Shown here one piece after another: positions 61,821-64,000 of a stretch of DNA of 64,000 nt. Under the pieces are notes generated by a model. That model had not been told where the DNA came from and did not search any database. It saw only the letters and a program-made list of their open reading frames with translations. Made by a program: the position numbers and the translations under genes. This stretch comes from Lingula anatina (taxonomy: Eukaryota > Animalia > Brachiopoda), in assembly GCA_051362555.1 (NCBI GenBank), contig CM120644.1:20978534-21042533 (forward strand). The letters run 5' to 3'. Each line of letters opens with the position of its first letter. Position 1 is the stretch's first letter.

Positions 61821-62894
61821 TTAAAAGCCACTTATTGTCTTAGAGTAAATGTGGTGCCGTACAGCGGGTTGAGAGTTACATCTCACATCTATGTTTACAG
61901 TAACACTACTTCCTAATTCGCTCTCCAGTCGTCGTATAGAACGAGGTGAGGCAGCGTTCACGTTGCGATTCAAGCGAAGAATTTTCTGAAATTCTCTACG
62001 AAAGTTCTGTAAACGACATGCGTAAATAATTGGGTTCAGGGCACTGTTCAAAACTAATAGCACTGTAGTGTACATTCGTATGGTCATCCAAGTTTTGGAG
62101 AATATTTGGTCCGTGTATACCTGGATTCCCGTAACGACAAAGAAAGGTACCATGCACAGAAAAAACATCCCTAAAACGATCACAGCTGTTTTCAAAATCT
62201 TCATGTTTTTCCTGTGAATTTGCCGTGGGTTATTTTTCAGTCGAGAGTTACTTACTACTGACAGATGCTCCGTGAGAGAAGCTATTGCCGCTGCGTGCCT
62301 TCCAGCCAAGTGGAAAACTCTTGAATATAACGCTATTATAGCTAGAGATAGCACGATGAACACTGGCAGTACAATATATTTGATGAAGTCTGGCTTCAGA
62401 ACATACTGTAAGTCGCATTCCTTCTTCCCCACGTCTCCCGGTCGCCTGTCATCAAACCCGAAAAAGTGAACCGTAACGATCACAAATGCAGAGGGCACCC
62501 AAACGAAGACAACACCGAGTCCTTTAGTTTTGGCTGTCAGAACGTTCACGCTCTTGTAGTAAAACGGGTAGATAACTGAGACATATCTGTCCACGCTTAT
62601 AGCTAGAAGACAAAGTACCGAACCGGTTATCGAGCTCATGGGCAAACTATAGCGGATAATACACACGTGTAGATCTTGGACAACATCGTCTCGGATAAAC
62701 ATGGCAATTTGTAGAGGCATCCCCAGTGCGACCAGCAAGTCAGCGGCGGCCAGCTGAACTACAAACCAGTTCGTCGTGGTCTGCAACTTTTCGCTTCGAA
62801 AATATGCAGCAATGACCAAAATGTTTCCAAACCCGATCAATATTATCAGGACCGCCTGTATAGTAATCATCGATACCTCGTAGCCCAATTCCAT
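61821..62894 (-). CDS. Intronless rhodopsin-like (class A) GPCR, adenosine-receptor-like or orphan
   Basis: 357 aa with 7 hydrophobic segments. GN (TM1), LAAAD (TM2), DRY (TM3), CMVP (TM6) and NPIIY (TM7). Very short N-terminus. Confidence 0.92.
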   Translation of the reverse strand: MELGYEVSMITIQAVLIILIGFGNILVIAAYFRSEKLQTTTNWFVVQLAAADLLVALGMPLQIAMFIRDDVVQDLHVCIIRYSLPMSSITGSVLCLLAISVDRYVSVIYPFYYKSVNVLTAKTKGLGVVFVWVPSAFVIVTVHFFGFDDRRPGDVGKKECDLQYVLKPDFIKYIVLPVFIVLSLAIIALYSRVFHLAGRHAAAIASLTEHLSVVSNSRLKNNPRQIHRKNMKILKTAVIVLGMFFLCMVPFFVVTGIQVYTDQIFSKTWMTIRMYTTVLLVLNSALNPIIYACRLQNFRREFQKILRLNRNVNAASPRSIRRLESELGSSVTVNIDVRCNSQPAVRHHIYSKTISGF

Positions 62895-64000
62895 GGTGTC
62901 TGGGTGCTCTTAAATACTCTAATGTTAATAATTTTTCTGTGAGAATTTCAAGATCCCAAACCGCTTGGAAACTTTTTGTTGGGTATTTCTTTTCTCGAAA
63001 TATTAACCTAAGTTGTGCCCATGCTCAAATCTCTGCTGGCACCTGTTGTCTCTCAAGTCACGGATATAACAAGCCTTTCAGCTCAGTCTTTCTGTCAAAG
63101 GTCGTGAATTTTTTCTCTAAACACCCCCAAATCTGTCGGAACGTCCATATGTTATCTAACTGGACATCAAGGAGTAGATGATCACTCGTGCCTTTAGCCT
63201 CGCCATTGGCATTTGTTTTGGTCCTAGTTGGATAGTCAAAGCCAGTGCATTATCTTCCAAGCAGTACCAAGAGAGATTTATGTTAGAGCTTTTATACAAT
63301 GTATATGAAGATAACGATGTTACACAAGTGCATTTGTACAAAATCACTTTTCCTTTGCAATGTTCCAAAAATACTCGTAGGTTATAATGAGATAAGGTAT
63401 ATGACTTGCCTAACGCAGCGTTGTCAGGCCGGGGGTAAAGTCAGCTCCCAATGTCAAAATAATTAGTCTTTTTGATGTGCACATTGCCTTGGTGACATTG
63501 GCGTTCCTTTATCTACTGAAAAACATTGAAATAGTCTCCTTGCGTCGTTCTTACTTTTTCTTTGTAATAATGTCAAAAGAAAATTTCTTTAATCTAAATC
63601 CCCATCCACTGAAATCAAAATTTTTAGCAGATTCCCTTCCTGTTTGCTTGGACCTAATATATGAGTTATGGGTCCAAGATGTTAGTTAACAGAGGCCGGA
63701 AACGAGAAAAACGTTCGAGGCCTTTGCTGTACATGAACTATTACGTGTTAAGAACAGTTTCCCGTGTTTTTGCAGAGAACTCCTATAATTTGCATGGATG
63801 CACATATATCAAGGTGGTTATCAATTTTCCAATAAATTCAACATCTAATCGCAACCACCAGATAAGTCGAAGCTTGTTCCTGATAAACAAGGAGTCTGTT
63901 TAAAAGTAGTTTTAAATGTATAATCCCATCCTCGGAATGTGAGATATCCCCCAGATTAACAATTCAGTTGTTTGTTGATTTTAGCGACATACTGTATACT

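Noticed and set aside
62939-63903. Short ORFs upstream of the GPCR
   Set aside because: No motifs, and lengths are as expected by chance. Probably UTR, intron or intergenic sequence.

Overview
AT-rich, intron- and repeat-rich animal genomic DNA, probably molluscan or another lophotrochozoan (inferred from repeat types, not proven). The first 12.3 kb hold the N-terminal 10 coding exons of a NEK10 kinase gene on the minus strand, with consistent splice phases; the gene continues past the left edge. The most striking pattern is that four NEK10 splice junctions are themselves the end copy of tandem arrays that repeat 'exon end + splice site' into the intron: about 12, about 50 and 3 copies at donors, 6 copies at an acceptor. 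The rest is mostly transposon-derived: a 5'-truncated L1/Tx1-type LINE with polyA and TSD, an intact Gypsy element with identical 187-bp LTRs and non-TG/CA ends, an 8-exon Myb/SANT (Harbinger-type) gene with micro-exons, a Helentron/HINE-like element, several MITEs, a ~9-kb stretch of co-oriented hAT and Gypsy fragments, and a Tc1 relic. An intronless class A GPCR lies near the right end. All gene models were built by eye with no database searches.
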